Source: Truepera sp. (GTDB lineage: Bacteria; Deinococcota; Deinococci; Deinococcales; Trueperaceae). Taken from it: a stretch of DNA of 64,000 bases. The DNA is taken from assembly GCA_965218435.1 (NCBI GenBank), contig CBDCKW010000009.1:2208001-2272000 (forward strand), in the 5' to 3' direction. The translations under genes were made by a program, and so were the position numbers. Below the pieces are notes generated by a model that saw nothing but the letters and a program-made list of their open reading frames with translations, had not been told where the DNA came from and searched no databases. This document shows, in pieces, positions 1-10,187 of the stretch. Numbering within the stretch: position 1 is the stretch's first letter; the number at the start of each line of letters is the position of its first letter.

Positions 1-67
1 CCACGGTGAGGAAGGTCCCCACAACGGTTTTCGAGACCGTCCCATTCAACCGCTCTGGCACCTCTCC
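1..67 (-). tRNA. tRNA-Ser(CGA), 3' end outside the window
   Basis: Reverse complement GGAGAGGTGCCAGAGCGGTTGAATGGGACGGTCT-CGA-AAACCGT followed by a long variable arm; upstream TATACT at 90-85. Confidence 0.93.
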
Positions 68-92
68 AAAATGCGGCAAAGGAGAGTATACC

Positions 93-1775
93 CTAAAAGG
101 TAAGCTTTGTCACGCGGTTCTCTTCGCGCCGCGCCGCAAAAAAGTCTCGCAGCAGCCGCTCGGCGTCGCGGGCCAAAACGCCGGAACGGACCTGGGGCTC
201 CCGTTTCCAGGGGTGCATTAAGAGGTCGGCAACCCCGCCTAACGCGCCGTCACGGTGATTGGCTGCGCCGTAAACAATTCGGAGCAGATGGGCGTTTAGG
301 GCTGCGCCCAGACACATCGGGCAGGGCTCGAGCGTAACGTAAAGCGTACACTCCGCTAAGCGCCAGTCGCCCAGCGCGCCGGCTGCTCCCCGCAACGCTT
401 TAAGCTCGGCGTGGGCGGTCGGATCGGCGTCTGAGCGGGTGGTGTTGGCGGCGGCAGCGAGACAGTGCTCACCCCTCACGACCACTGCGCCGACGGGCAC
501 TTCACCCGCTAGAGCGGCCTGCTCAGCCTGGGCCAGCGCCTGCCGCATCCACGAGAGGTCGGGGTCAGTTGCCTGAGCTACCCGCACGTCGGTGGCGACG
601 CCCCCCAACCACAGCACCTCGGACGGCCCTACCGGATCGGTCGCCAGCACGGTGAGTGAATCCCGCTGTTCACGCGGAACTTTACGGTCAACGAGCAGCT
701 CGGCGACCTTTTTACTTCCACCCGGCAAGCGGATACGGTCACCGGATACACGCGTTCTAAAATGAAGGTTTGGAAACGCCGCCAGCTTGCCTAAGTCGAG
801 TTCGGGGCGGAGGTCGGCCAAGTTTGAGTGAGTTAAGTCGGGTAAACCTACAGGTGCGGCAGCCTTTACCAGCTCGAGCCGCCCGTAAGCAACTCGAGCC
901 TCTTGACCTTTGGGAAGTGAAATCCGCGTCGGCTTGGTAGCGTCTAAGCTGCGGCGAAGCGTTTCAATATGGTCCAGGTCGGGGGGCAATTCGGCAGCTT
1001 GCAAAAATGCAGCGAGCGCCGCCCGTTGCACCGCCGGGGGTTGACGACTCAGCTGCGCGGTCCCTAACCCCTCGTCACGAAAAAACCGCTCAGCCTGAGT
1101 TTGCAGTGCCGCGGCCTGGTCACGCTGCAACGTGGCAAACTGAGCTAATTTCGACTTAGCAGCGGGATAACGCGCAGTCAAGACAGGCAGCACCTCATGA
1201 CGAAGCCACGCCCGTGTACGCGCTGGGTCGGTATTGGTTTCGTCCTCCAAAAATGGTTGCTGCAGCGTTTCCAGGTACGTTCTGAGTTGCTGGCGAGAGA
1301 CCCCTAGTAGAGGCCGCACTACCCGGCCACGCCGCGCCGGGACGCCGCCCGCGTAGGCCGCGCCACGTAAGAGTTGCAGCAGGACCGTTTCGGCCTGGTC
1401 GTCTCGGGTGTGTGCGGTCAGCACAACGTCTACGCCGCTGCGTTTGGCGGTGCGGGTTAAAAAACTGTAGCGGAGACGGCGAGCCGCATCTTCTATATTC
1501 CAGCCTTTTTGCGCCGCAATCCGGGCCACGTCTATCCGAACCCCGTGGTAGGGCAGCGCCAGCTTTTCAGCCAGTGCTTGTACAAACCGCGCGTCGTCCG
1601 CCGAGGTTGGTCTCAGCGCGTGGTCTACGTGTGCGACCTCGAGCTGGTACGGCCCCCCCACCAAAAGCCGCAACAACGCTACCGAGTCTCCCCCGCCCGA
1701 GACCGCGACCAGCAGCGTCTTAGCTCGTGGCGCGAGCTGCCCCAAGGTAGCGAAAACAGCCGCAGGCAGGTCCAT
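93..1775 (-). CDS. tilS: tRNA(Ile)-lysidine synthetase fused to a C-terminal TadA-like Zn deaminase
   Basis: SGGGDS PP-loop, AHTRDDQAET; C-terminal HAE...PCPMC; ATG 1775 follows CATAAT (leaderless). Confidence 0.95.
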   Translation of the reverse strand: MDLPAAVFATLGQLAPRAKTLLVAVSGGGDSVALLRLLVGGPYQLEVAHVDHALRPTSADDARFVQALAEKLALPYHGVRIDVARIAAQKGWNIEDAARRLRYSFLTRTAKRSGVDVVLTAHTRDDQAETVLLQLLRGAAYAGGVPARRGRVVRPLLGVSRQQLRTYLETLQQPFLEDETNTDPARTRAWLRHEVLPVLTARYPAAKSKLAQFATLQRDQAAALQTQAERFFRDEGLGTAQLSRQPPAVQRAALAAFLQAAELPPDLDHIETLRRSLDATKPTRISLPKGQEARVAYGRLELVKAAAPVGLPDLTHSNLADLRPELDLGKLAAFPNLHFRTRVSGDRIRLPGGSKKVAELLVDRKVPREQRDSLTVLATDPVGPSEVLWLGGVATDVRVAQATDPDLSWMRQALAQAEQAALAGEVPVGAVVVRGEHCLAAAANTTRSDADPTAHAELKALRGAAGALGDWRLAECTLYVTLEPCPMCLGAALNAHLLRIVYGAANHRDGALGGVADLLMHPWKREPQVRSGVLARDAERLLRDFFAARREENRVTKLTF

Positions 1776-1817
1776 ACCTTCATTATGCCCCACGCCGCCT
1801 AAAGCTATACTTTAGCC

Positions 1818-2987
1818 ATGACTGTCACCCTGATTGTGCTCGATTCCGTGGGCGTCGGCGCATTGCCCGACGCTGCCGACTTCGGTGATACCGGCGCACA
1901 TACGCTGGACCACACCTTACAAAAAACCAAGCGGGCGCTGCCGAACTTTACCGCCCTTGGACTTGGCAACATCGAAGGCGTGGGTTCGCTGCCCAAACCC
2001 GAAACGCCGCTGGCCTCGTATGGGCGGCTGGCGGAAGTGTCCCCCGGTAAAGACACCACGACGGGCCACTGGGAGTTTATGGGCGTCACGCTCGAGCACG
2101 CGTTCAAGACGTTCGCCGAGTTTCCAGATGAGGTGATGCACGCCTTTGACGCGCTGACCGGACGCGGGCACCTCGGCAACGTTCCAGCGTCGGGGACAGC
2201 TATTTTAGACGAGCTGGGCGAAACGCACCTGCAAACAGGCGAGCCCATCGTCTATACGAGCGCGGACAGTGTGTTTCAGATTGCCGCGCATGTGGATAAG
2301 GTACCGCTCGAGACCCTTTACGAATGGTGCGAAGGGGCGCGGAAGCTGCTCCAGGGAGAGAACGCCGTCGCCCGCGTGATCGCTCGGCCCTTCGCCGGGA
2401 CGCCCGGAAACTTCAGGCGTTTGGGCGAAGCAAGGCGCGACTATTCGCTGACGCCGCCCCACGAAACGGTGCTGGATGTGCTCAAAGCGGCAGGCAAAGC
2501 GGTCGTCGGTATCGGCAAAATTCCGGACATCTATAACCATCAGGGCTTTACCGAAGAGGTTCACACCGACTCGAACGAAGACGGCGTAGCTAAAACGCTC
2601 GCGGCGATATACGAACGCCCGGACGGGCTGATTTTTTGCAATCTGGTCGAGTTCGATTCGCTTTACGGTCATCGCCGCGACCCGGAAGGGTACGCAAATG
2701 CGCTGGCAGAAACCGACGTTCGGTTGCCCGAGCTTTTAGAGGCGACCCAACCCGGTGACTGGCTGCTGTTCGTGTCCGACCACGGCAACGACCCGACCTT
2801 TCGGGGTACCGACCACACCCGCGAATACGGACTTTTGCTCGCGTACAGTCCCGGCATTGCTGCAAAAGATTTAGGCACGCGTAGAAGCTTTGCCGATGTG
2901 GGCGCGACCGTCGCCGAGCTTTTAGGCGTTATGTGGGAGGGGAAGGGCTCGAGCTTTGCCCCGCAGCTTTTAGCACTGGAGCGGTAG
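1818..2987 (+). CDS. deoB: phosphopentomutase
   Basis: [35 protein letters not shown] motifs. Confidence 0.96.
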   Translation: MTVTLIVLDSVGVGALPDAADFGDTGAHTLDHTLQKTKRALPNFTALGLGNIEGVGSLPKPETPLASYGRLAEVSPGKDTTTGHWEFMGVTLEHAFKTFAEFPDEVMHAFDALTGRGHLGNVPASGTAILDELGETHLQTGEPIVYTSADSVFQIAAHVDKVPLETLYEWCEGARKLLQGENAVARVIARPFAGTPGNFRRLGEARRDYSLTPPHETVLDVLKAAGKAVVGIGKIPDIYNHQGFTEEVHTDSNEDGVAKTLAAIYERPDGLIFCNLVEFDSLYGHRRDPEGYANALAETDVRLPELLEATQPGDWLLFVSDHGNDPTFRGTDHTREYGLLLAYSPGIAAKDLGTRRSFADVGATVAELLGVMWEGKGSSFAPQLLALER

Positions 2988-3052
2988 ATAAAACGCTACT
3001 CTCTGAAACAACCTTAAAAGGCTGCTACTGGACTACAGCGATTATCGTCAAG

Positions 3053-3097
3053 TTGCCAAGTTTGACAGATCGTCGTATTATTAACGACAGATTGTCG
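3053..3097 (+). promoter_or_regulatory. Toxin-antitoxin promoter with two putative antitoxin operators
   Basis: TTGCCA-17bp-TATTAT; repeats TGACAGATCGTCG (3063-3075) and CGACAGATTGTCG (3085-3097). Confidence 0.7.
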
Positions 3098-3105
3098 AGG
3101 TAGCT

Positions 3106-3453
3106 ATGTCGGTTGCAGCAGCTCATACCTACGAACTCATCCCTACGCTAAGCCGTGACCTCAAGTTGAGCGTCAAGCAAATTGGAGAACTGTTAGGTAT
3201 TCACCCCCGTACTCTGCAGCGCCGCCAAGAATGCGGGTCCCTCGAGGAGGCCGAACTCCTCAAAGCGCAGATGCTGGCTGAAACCTTCGAGTTAGCAACG
3301 ACGGTGTTTCACGACGCTGACCGGGCGCGAGCTTGGCTTTTTTCTGAAATTGCCACCTTAGACTTTAGTCGCCCGGTAGACCTGCTCAAAACGATCCGCG
3401 GCTACGAGCGCGTCAAGCAGCTCTTGGGGCAGATTGCTTTTGGGGTGTACTAG
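3106..3453 (+). CDS. Xre/MbcA/ParS-type antitoxin
   Basis: HTH (LGIHPRTLQRR) plus C-terminal ARAWL...P.DLL...G...V; lies upstream of a RES gene. Confidence 0.9.
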   Translation: MSVAAAHTYELIPTLSRDLKLSVKQIGELLGIHPRTLQRRQECGSLEEAELLKAQMLAETFELATTVFHDADRARAWLFSEIATLDFSRPVDLLKTIRGYERVKQLLGQIAFGVY

Positions 3454-3477
3454 CTAGTGCGCCGGGTGGTGTATTAA

Positions 3478-3960
3478 GTGCGCGTCTGGCGTATCTATGA
3501 TCACCAAGCTGCTTACGCCCTGCTCCCTACGTTTAGTCCTTTAGACGGACAAGGGGCAGCCCTTTATCCAGGCCGGTGGAACCAGGTCGGTGTGAGAATG
3601 GTTTACACCTCCGGGTCACCCGAACTTGCCATGCTTGAAATCCTTACTAAGCTAAATCCCGCTGCTTTCGGGGTGCGTATGGCCGTAGAGATAGACGTAC
3701 CTGACGACGCCTTGGTGCAAGATGCCGCGCCCACGATGCTGGGGCAGCTTTTGCGGGGTGAGGACAGTGACACGAGGAGCTACGGGAGTCAGTGGGCTTC
3801 GCACGGGCAGAGCTTGATCTTAAAGGTACCTGCGGCGGTGTTGCCTGTCTCGAGCAATTACCTGCTTAATCCGCTACATCCGCAAGCTCAGCGGCTCAGG
3901 GTCATCCGGCAGATAGAGGTGAGTATGGACCCACAGCTTGCTGACAGTCTTAGAACCTAA
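3478..3960 (+). CDS. RES-domain toxin (NAD+ phosphorylase family)
   Basis: GRWN, VYTS, AMLE, VP.AV...NYLLNP.H. Confidence 0.9.
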   Translation: MRVWRIYDHQAAYALLPTFSPLDGQGAALYPGRWNQVGVRMVYTSGSPELAMLEILTKLNPAAFGVRMAVEIDVPDDALVQDAAPTMLGQLLRGEDSDTRSYGSQWASHGQSLILKVPAAVLPVSSNYLLNPLHPQAQRLRVIRQIEVSMDPQLADSLRT

Positions 3961-4056
3961 GGCGAATAGCGTGCGAGCACCGAGTAGGAACAACGCCGCT
4001 ACTATCTACTACCACGACCGAATCTGACCGAACTCGGCAAAACACCCGGAAAAGTC

Positions 4057-4085
4057 AAAGCCCAGGCACGACAACCTAGGCTTTT
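4057..4085. terminator. Putative bidirectional terminator
   Basis: AAAGCCCAGG...CCTAGGCTTTT hairpin between convergent genes. Confidence 0.55.
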
Positions 4086-4111
4086 ACAATTTGGTAGCTA
4101 GTTGAGAACGC

Positions 4112-5110
4112 TTAGCCGTCTCTCGCGTCCGGCATCGGCGCGGGTTTGTTATCCAACACCTCTTCGATGCGGTTCATTACGTCATCTGTTAATTTATCTA
4201 CGACGTTCAGGGCTTCCATATTTTGCGTCACTTGCTCGGCTTTACTCGCGCCGGTAATCACTGTTGACACGTCCGGGTTTTTCAGGCACCAGGCCAGCGC
4301 GAGCTGCGCCGTGCTACAGCCCAAATCGTCGGCGACACCGGCGAGTTTACGAACGGTCTCGAGCTGCTTTTGCCCCTCTTCACTTTCAAAACGCTCGCGG
4401 AGCCACTCATAACCGGGCGTGTTGATCCGGCTGTCCTCGGGAATCCCGTCATTGTATTTACCCGACAAGAGACCGCTCGAGAGGGGGCTCCAGGTCGTCA
4501 GGCCCAGTTTGAAATCGCGGTAGAGCGGCTGGTACTCGGTTTCGACGCGCTCACGCACCAGCATGTTGTACTGCGGCTGCTCCATCAGAGGCGGGACGAG
4601 ATGCTCGCGGCGGGCAACCTCATAGGCTTGCCGAATCTGCTCGGCGGACCATTCGCTGGTGCCCCAATAAAAGGCCAACCCCTGGTCCAAGAGAAAGTTC
4701 ATCGCCCGGACAGTCTCTTCAACCGGCGTATGCGGGTCGGGCCGGTGGCAAAACACGAGGTCCACGTAGTCCATCTGAAAACGTTCAATCGCCGCCTTGG
4801 TGCCCTCGATGATGTGCTTGCGCGACAAGCCGAGGTCGTTGGGGCCGTCGCCGCCCCAAAAAATCTTGGTTGAAACGACTAGATCGCTGCGTTTCCAGCC
4901 CTGCTTTTTAATCACGTTGCCCATCATCGTTTCAGCTTTACCGGCGCTGTACCCTTCGGCGTTGTCAAAAAAATTGACGCCGTGGTCATAGGCAGTTTTC
5001 ATCAGGTCGGTAGCGACGTCTTCGCCGATCTGGTCGCCGAACGTGACCCAAGCGCCGAACGAGAGCGCGGAGACTTTTAAGCCGGAATTGCCGAGATAAC
5101 GGTACTGCAT
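4112..5110 (-). CDS. Aldo/keto reductase (Kv-beta-like)
   Basis: [34 protein letters not shown] before ATG 5110. Confidence 0.93.
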   Translation of the reverse strand: MQYRYLGNSGLKVSALSFGAWVTFGDQIGEDVATDLMKTAYDHGVNFFDNAEGYSAGKAETMMGNVIKKQGWKRSDLVVSTKIFWGGDGPNDLGLSRKHIIEGTKAAIERFQMDYVDLVFCHRPDPHTPVEETVRAMNFLLDQGLAFYWGTSEWSAEQIRQAYEVARREHLVPPLMEQPQYNMLVRERVETEYQPLYRDFKLGLTTWSPLSSGLLSGKYNDGIPEDSRINTPGYEWLRERFESEEGQKQLETVRKLAGVADDLGCSTAQLALAWCLKNPDVSTVITGASKAEQVTQNMEALNVVDKLTDDVMNRIEEVLDNKPAPMPDARDG

Positions 5111-5318
5111 GGTTCCTCCTTGAAGATGCGTTATAACAAGTAGACGCGTAACAAAAACGCCGTAAACGGATAACAATCTCATGAACTCTAACGCGTCCAG
5201 CTAAACTTGCTGAAGCGCACACTACACCCGAAACTGTAAAGCTGTGCTGCTCACCCTAACGGCACACCTTTACGGCACAAAATACGGCGTAAAAAACAGG
5301 CTTTACAGGGCTCGAGCC

Positions 5319-5714
5319 TTAGAACGCGCCAGCGCCCGCCTCAGCCACAGCTTGGTCTTGCTCACCCATACCGCCGCTAACACCCACCGCGCCGACGACG
5401 CGGCCGTCCTTTATAAGCGGAATACCCCCGGCAAAAATCATAATCCTGCCACCGTTCGAGGCATGAATCCCAAAAAATTGGTCGCCGGACTGACTGTTGG
5501 CCGCCAGGTCTTTGGTTGAGAGGTCAAAAGCCCTGGCAGTGTACGCTTTGTTGATCGCAATATCAATGCTGCCGAGCCAAGCGTTATCCATCCGCACATG
5601 CGCGACGAGGTTGCCCCCTTCATCGGCGACGGCGATATTCATCGGTTGACCGATTTCGTCAGCTTTTTTTTCGGCGGCGGCGATAACTCTGCGGGCGTCT
5701 GCGAGTGTAACCAT
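5319..5714 (-). CDS. GlcG/HbpS-family heme-binding protein
   Basis: AINKAYTA, FAGGIPL, GAVGVSGG...D. Confidence 0.9.
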   Translation of the reverse strand: MVTLADARRVIAAAEKKADEIGQPMNIAVADEGGNLVAHVRMDNAWLGSIDIAINKAYTARAFDLSTKDLAANSQSGDQFFGIHASNGGRIMIFAGGIPLIKDGRVVGAVGVSGGMGEQDQAVAEAGAGAF

Positions 5715-5947
5715 AATTCAGCTCCTTTAGCCGCAGCGTAACGCAGGGCCGATACGGAAACTGCGACGTACTGAGCAGACTCGAGCGTCTTGCTGACCTT
5801 TTCGGCTTGGGAAAAGTAAGAATTCAGAACACAGTATTCAGTAGTCGGTAACTTGTGAACGAAAATCGCGTTTCTTGGGCACACGAAACATAATGACAAA
5901 AGCTAGGTCAGCACGGCCCAGCCCTTTTTAGCGAAAACTAGCTGCGA

Positions 5948-7060
5948 TTAGGCCGGAAAGATAAGCCCGCGTTCACGCGCCCAGATGACCGCTTCGGCCC
6001 GCGATTTGACGCCGAGTTTGGCGTAGAGCGTCGCCACATAGTTACGCACTGTGTGACGCGAAAGGTGCAGCTCTTTAGCAATCTGCTCGTTGCCGAGGCC
6101 CCGGGCGAGCAGCTCGAGCACCCCCTGTTCGCGTCTGGTGAGTTGCTCGAGGCCCCCTTTTGTCTCGCTGCCCGCGCGTATCTCAGCGAGTTTTTCCATC
6201 ACCACGCGGGTAAACCACGACGGGTCGGCCATCGTCGCCTGAATCGCCTGCATCAGTTCGTTTTCAGAACGTTTGCGGTCGGTAATGTCCAAATAGGTGT
6301 CAATCAGGTGTGGGTCGTTGTCAAGCGAAATAATCCGACCTTCGCTTAAGATGTCGCGCTGTCCCCCCGTTTTTGTCTTTAAGCTCGCCTCGTGCTCGAC
6401 AACTTGGTCGCTCCGGCTCCGCCGCATCTGCCGCAGCGCCGCGTCGCGTTTGGCGTACTCCATAAAGAGCCCGAGGTCGGCGGCGGTTTTACCGATCACG
6501 TCGTCTCTGCTGTAGCCGGTCAGCCGTAAAAAGCTCTCGTTGACATCGTTGAAACGCAGGTCGGCGAGCCTGACGATACTGATCGCGGTGGGGTTGACCT
6601 CAAAGGTCGCCCGAAAACGCGCCTCGAGCTCGCGCTGCGCCGTCACGTCGCGTATACTCAGCACCCCGAGCGTCATCGAATCTTCGACTTGGGTGCCGCT
6701 GTACGCGCCCAACCACCGCCCCTCGTCCCTGTCGCTTCTAGGTGAGTGGCCGTTAGACCCGGCGCTCGTATAGGTCCACAGTTCGTACTCTGCAAAGGTC
6801 TCGCCGCGCAGCACCCGCGCGGCAGGGGTGGCGTCCGCTTCGACCTCACGGCCGTCCGGGTAGCGGTAGGTTGCCAGGTCTCGAGCCTTAAGGCTGCGCA
6901 TAGTTCGTCCTAAACCGTGGAGGCGACGCGCCGACGCGTTGACAGCGACGACGGTGCCGTCCAGGTCAAAGGTCACCAGACCTTCGACCAGACCCTCGAG
7001 GATTGCTCTTAGCTGATGCGGATCAGCTTCCCAAGCGGTAGTAGGGTGAGATTGAGTGAT
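5948..7060 (-). CDS. Double-PAS plus LuxR-type HTH transcriptional regulator
   Basis: Two PAS-like segments and LTRREQ...LARGLGNEQIAKEL.LS..TVRNY; the frame stays open past GTG 6976 to an ATC at 7060 preceded by AGAAGGG. Confidence 0.85.
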   Translation of the reverse strand: MTQSHPTTAWEADPHQLRAILEGLVEGLVTFDLDGTVVAVNASARRLHGLGRTMRSLKARDLATYRYPDGREVEADATPAARVLRGETFAEYELWTYTSAGSNGHSPRSDRDEGRWLGAYSGTQVEDSMTLGVLSIRDVTAQRELEARFRATFEVNPTAISIVRLADLRFNDVNESFLRLTGYSRDDVIGKTAADLGLFMEYAKRDAALRQMRRSRSDQVVEHEASLKTKTGGQRDILSEGRIISLDNDPHLIDTYLDITDRKRSENELMQAIQATMADPSWFTRVVMEKLAEIRAGSETKGGLEQLTRREQGVLELLARGLGNEQIAKELHLSRHTVRNYVATLYAKLGVKSRAEAVIWARERGLIFPA

Positions 7061-7168
7061 AACAGCCCTTCTGCTGCAGCGCCATCAGAAAGGCGAACTG
7101 ACGGATTACAGCGCCGTAAACCTTACTTTTTCGTGCCAGTACGACCAACAAGTCCGGTAAGTTAGTAA

Positions 7169-7215
7169 TGCAAAAACTTAAAGTTAAGTTTTTGCACGGT
7201 AGGTAAATCTACCGT
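7169..7215. repeat. Two abutting inverted repeats
   Basis: TGCAAAAACTTAA-AG-TTAAGTTTTTGCA (7169-7196) and ACGGTAG-n6-CTACCGT (7196-7215). Confidence 0.8.
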
Positions 7216-7557
7216 AAGCTTAAAGAAAATAATAAACTAGGGACACCTGTATCATGAAAGCAGTACGCGCAAAAGCTTTAAAAGCCGAAAAGATGTGTTC
7301 AACTCTACCTTTACGATGATTTCTTAAGTGTTCCAGCCGTCTGCAAACGTACTATCAACGAACTATGGCTGACAACTTCATGAAGCTCAGCTTTACGGCG
7401 GCGCTCAGCGAGGGCACGTTGACTTAAGGGTAATTGCAGACGGAATCAGCGCAGCTATAAGTCGTCGTGTGCCTCATTCCTACTTCTTAACGCTTACCAC
7501 CTACGCTTTGGCGTAGGCATATTGACAGCCCCGCACGCTGCGCCGTAAACTCCCTCA

Positions 7558-7772
7558 CGCAGTGCGCTGGGGAAGTCCGGTGAGAGTCCGGCGCTGTCCC
7601 GCAACGGTAACGTCTGAAACGGTTTGCAGTGTAGTTAGGCGAAGCCCGAATACCGGCGTAGTGACGAAACGTACCCCTGGCGCGGACCAAGGCGGGCGGC
7701 GTGTGCTGTTTCGGCCTTGGGACCGTACAGGCGCGGCCTCTTCTTATTCCGCTTCAGGCTGCCCGAGGAGGC
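7558..7772 (+). ncRNA. Cobalamin riboswitch with SD-sequestering platform
   Basis: GGGGAAGTCCGGTGAGAGTCCGGCGCTGTCCCGCAACGGTAA...AAGCCCGAATACC; promoter TTGACA 7522 / TAAACT 7546; GCCTCTTC (7736-43) pairs with GAGGAGGC (7765-72); leads a cob operon. Confidence 0.9.
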
Positions 7773-7775
7773 ACC

Positions 7776-8684
7776 ATGAAGAGGTTTTTGGTCGCGGTTT
7801 TTTGGTTGGTTTGGTTTAGCTTAGCGGCAGCCACGACGTATCCGTATACCGTCACCGACGATTTAGGCGTTGAGGTCACCCTAAACGCCGAACCTATGCG
7901 CGTCGTAACGATGATTCCGAGTCATACCGAAACGCTCTGCGCCATCGCCGCGTGTGACAAACTCGTCGGGATAGACACGTACAGCAACTTTCCGGCGCGG
8001 GTAGATAAGTTGCCCAAGCTCGGCAGCGCCTTCGAGCCGAACCTCGAGGCCATCGTCGCCCTAAAGCCTGATTTAGTCTTGACCGATGAATCGTCCGACC
8101 TCGCAGGGGCGCTCCGGCAGGTCGGGATTCCTGTGTACGCCGGAACCGCGCAGACGTATGACGAAGTGTTTGAAAAGTTCAAAGTTTTAGGCGAACTGCT
8201 CAACCGGGAAACCCAGGCGGCCCTTCTAAGTGGCCGCGTGCAGGGGAGTATCCGGGCGATCAGTGAGCGGGCGAGCCGGTTAGACCCGACTTCGGTCTAT
8301 TACGAGATTGACCCGACCCCCTACAGCGTCGGGCCGAACTCGTTCATCGGCGTACTCTTAAGCCGCGCCGGGGGCAAAAATATCGTCGAGGCGGGTCTGG
8401 GCGATTTTCCTAAACTTGACCCTGAATACGTCGTTGCGGCTGACCCGGAGGTCATCATCGTCAGTGAACGAGACGCTAAAACGCTGCCGCAACGTTCCGG
8501 TTGGGCCGGGATTGCCGCCGTGCAAAACGGACGTGTCATTCCGACCACGCCGACCTTAGATGACGCTATCAGTCGCCCTGGACCGCGCATCGCCCTAGCC
8601 GTACAGTTTTTTGCGCACGCGCTCCACCCGGATGTTTTCGGCGATGTTTTTGGTGACGTTGCTGTTCCGGCTACTGCCCGCTAG
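7776..8684 (+). CDS. btuF: Cobalamin/corrinoid ABC substrate-binding protein
   Basis: TVTDDLG, PNLEAIVALKPDLV, SRPGPRI; signal peptide; lies behind a B12 riboswitch. Confidence 0.85.
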   Translation: MKRFLVAVFWLVWFSLAAATTYPYTVTDDLGVEVTLNAEPMRVVTMIPSHTETLCAIAACDKLVGIDTYSNFPARVDKLPKLGSAFEPNLEAIVALKPDLVLTDESSDLAGALRQVGIPVYAGTAQTYDEVFEKFKVLGELLNRETQAALLSGRVQGSIRAISERASRLDPTSVYYEIDPTPYSVGPNSFIGVLLSRAGGKNIVEAGLGDFPKLDPEYVVAADPEVIIVSERDAKTLPQRSGWAGIAAVQNGRVIPTTPTLDDAISRPGPRIALAVQFFAHALHPDVFGDVFGDVAVPATAR

Positions 8685-8687
8685 CCT

Positions 8688-9425
8688 GTGCTCCGCGCCC
8701 TGCACGTCGCGTTAGTCTTTCTGACCACGCTGCCCCTGCCACCGATTAAAGCGTGGCAAGAGGGCGACGCGCGGCGGAGCGTGCAGGCGTATCCGCTCGT
8801 CGGACTCGTTTTGGGCGTCATTTTGTGGGCGGCGGCGCGGGGTTTGGGCGCACTGCCGGGGGTGCCGGACGCCTTGCAGGGTGCTCTATTACTCGGAGTG
8901 TGGCTTCTCTTAACCGGGGCACTGCACTTCGACGGATTTTGCGACATGGCGGACGCCGCGTTCTCGAGTAAACCGCCCGAAGTGCGGCAGAAGATTGCCA
9001 AAGACTCACAGCTCGGGGCGTTTGCGCTCGCGGCGGGCGGGGTGCTCTTGCTCGTCAAGGCGGCGGCGCTCGGCAGCGTCACGCCCGCGCTGCTGCTCTT
9101 CGTCCCGCTGCTGAGCCGCACTGTGGTCGTGTTGCCGCTGACGTTCGGACGCACGCACAGCTCGAGCCGACTCGGACGCAGCACCCAACCGAGTCCGGCT
9201 GAAGCGCGGCTACCGTTACTTCTAGGTTTAGCGTTGGGCGTCGGTATCAGTTTATCAACCCAGACCTTGACAGCGTTTTTAGGATTGACAGCTGCGGCGC
9301 TCGTCACCACTCTGCTGCTGGCTTGGTGGCTCGCCAAACGGTTGGGCGGGCTCGGCGGCGACGCTTACGGCGCAATCATCGAAACGAGTGAAGCCCTCAT
9401 GCTGAGCTTGGCGGTGCTTTGGTGA
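8688..9425 (+). CDS. cobS: Adenosylcobinamide-GDP ribazoletransferase
   Basis: TGALHFDGFCDMAD, KD..LGAF, GGLGGDAYGA. Confidence 0.93.
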   Translation: MLRALHVALVFLTTLPLPPIKAWQEGDARRSVQAYPLVGLVLGVILWAAARGLGALPGVPDALQGALLLGVWLLLTGALHFDGFCDMADAAFSSKPPEVRQKIAKDSQLGAFALAAGGVLLLVKAAALGSVTPALLLFVPLLSRTVVVLPLTFGRTHSSSRLGRSTQPSPAEARLPLLLGLALGVGISLSTQTLTAFLGLTAAALVTTLLLAWWLAKRLGGLGGDAYGAIIETSEALMLSLAVLW

Positions 9426-10177
9426 CCGACGCCGTAAACAGCCCCGGTGTAGACATTAAGGCAGACACCAGGGTAACCATTCCGGGGATAACCGTTTCAG
9501 GGGTAACGCTCGAGCGGACGCTGCCGACCCCTGAACGTTGGGATCATCACCTCGTCATTACCTTACCCGAACCTTGCGAGGTGGTCTCGAGTGCTCCCTT
9601 AAACGGCGGTTTCGGCCGCTACCGCGCAGTTGTCAACCGGAGCGTCCCGCAAGATTGGCAGGGTGACAAGGGTGACGTAGACGGCGTGGGCAACGACCCC
9701 GAAACCGCTATGAAACGCTACGTCACGCGTTTGGGGCTCCTCGCCGAAACGACCGTCGGGCTGATCACTGCAATCAGTATGGCCGACCTGCGTTACGCGG
9801 TCGCCGAACGCTCGGGCTGGCGCGTTCACACGCTCCTGACAGCGGGCGTCGGGAACGCAGCAGCGGCGGGCGGGCGGTTCCCACTGGACGGTCTTCCTGC
9901 CGGAACCGTCAATGTGATCGTGCTCCTCGAGGGACATCTAAACCCTTCAGCCCTCATCGGCGCGGTGCAGAGCGCAACCGAAGCGAAGACCGCCGCACTG
10001 CGAGACTTAGGCGTGACAACTCAGTTTGGTGAACCGGCCACCGGAACGACGACCGACACCGTAACGGTCGTTAATCTCAGCACAAAACCCACCAGCCCTT
10101 ACGCCGGACTCGCCACGCCACCCGGATTTCTAGTTGCTGAAACGGTCTACACCGCCCTGTCGGCGGCGCTCAGTTAA
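9422..10177 (+). CDS. cbiZ: Adenosylcobinamide amidohydrolase
   Basis: [29 protein letters not shown]. Confidence 0.9.
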   Translation: MTDAVNSPGVDIKADTRVTIPGITVSGVTLERTLPTPERWDHHLVITLPEPCEVVSSAPLNGGFGRYRAVVNRSVPQDWQGDKGDVDGVGNDPETAMKRYVTRLGLLAETTVGLITAISMADLRYAVAERSGWRVHTLLTAGVGNAAAAGGRFPLDGLPAGTVNVIVLLEGHLNPSALIGAVQSATEAKTAALRDLGVTTQFGEPATGTTTDTVTVVNLSTKPTSPYAGLATPPGFLVAETVYTALSAALS

Positions 10178-10187
10178 AGGAGAGTTT

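Noticed and set aside
1..600. Link between tRNA-Ser(CGA)/TadA and CTCGAG-derived TCG/CGA codons
   Set aside because: Both genes are standard components and nothing in the sequence supports a connection.
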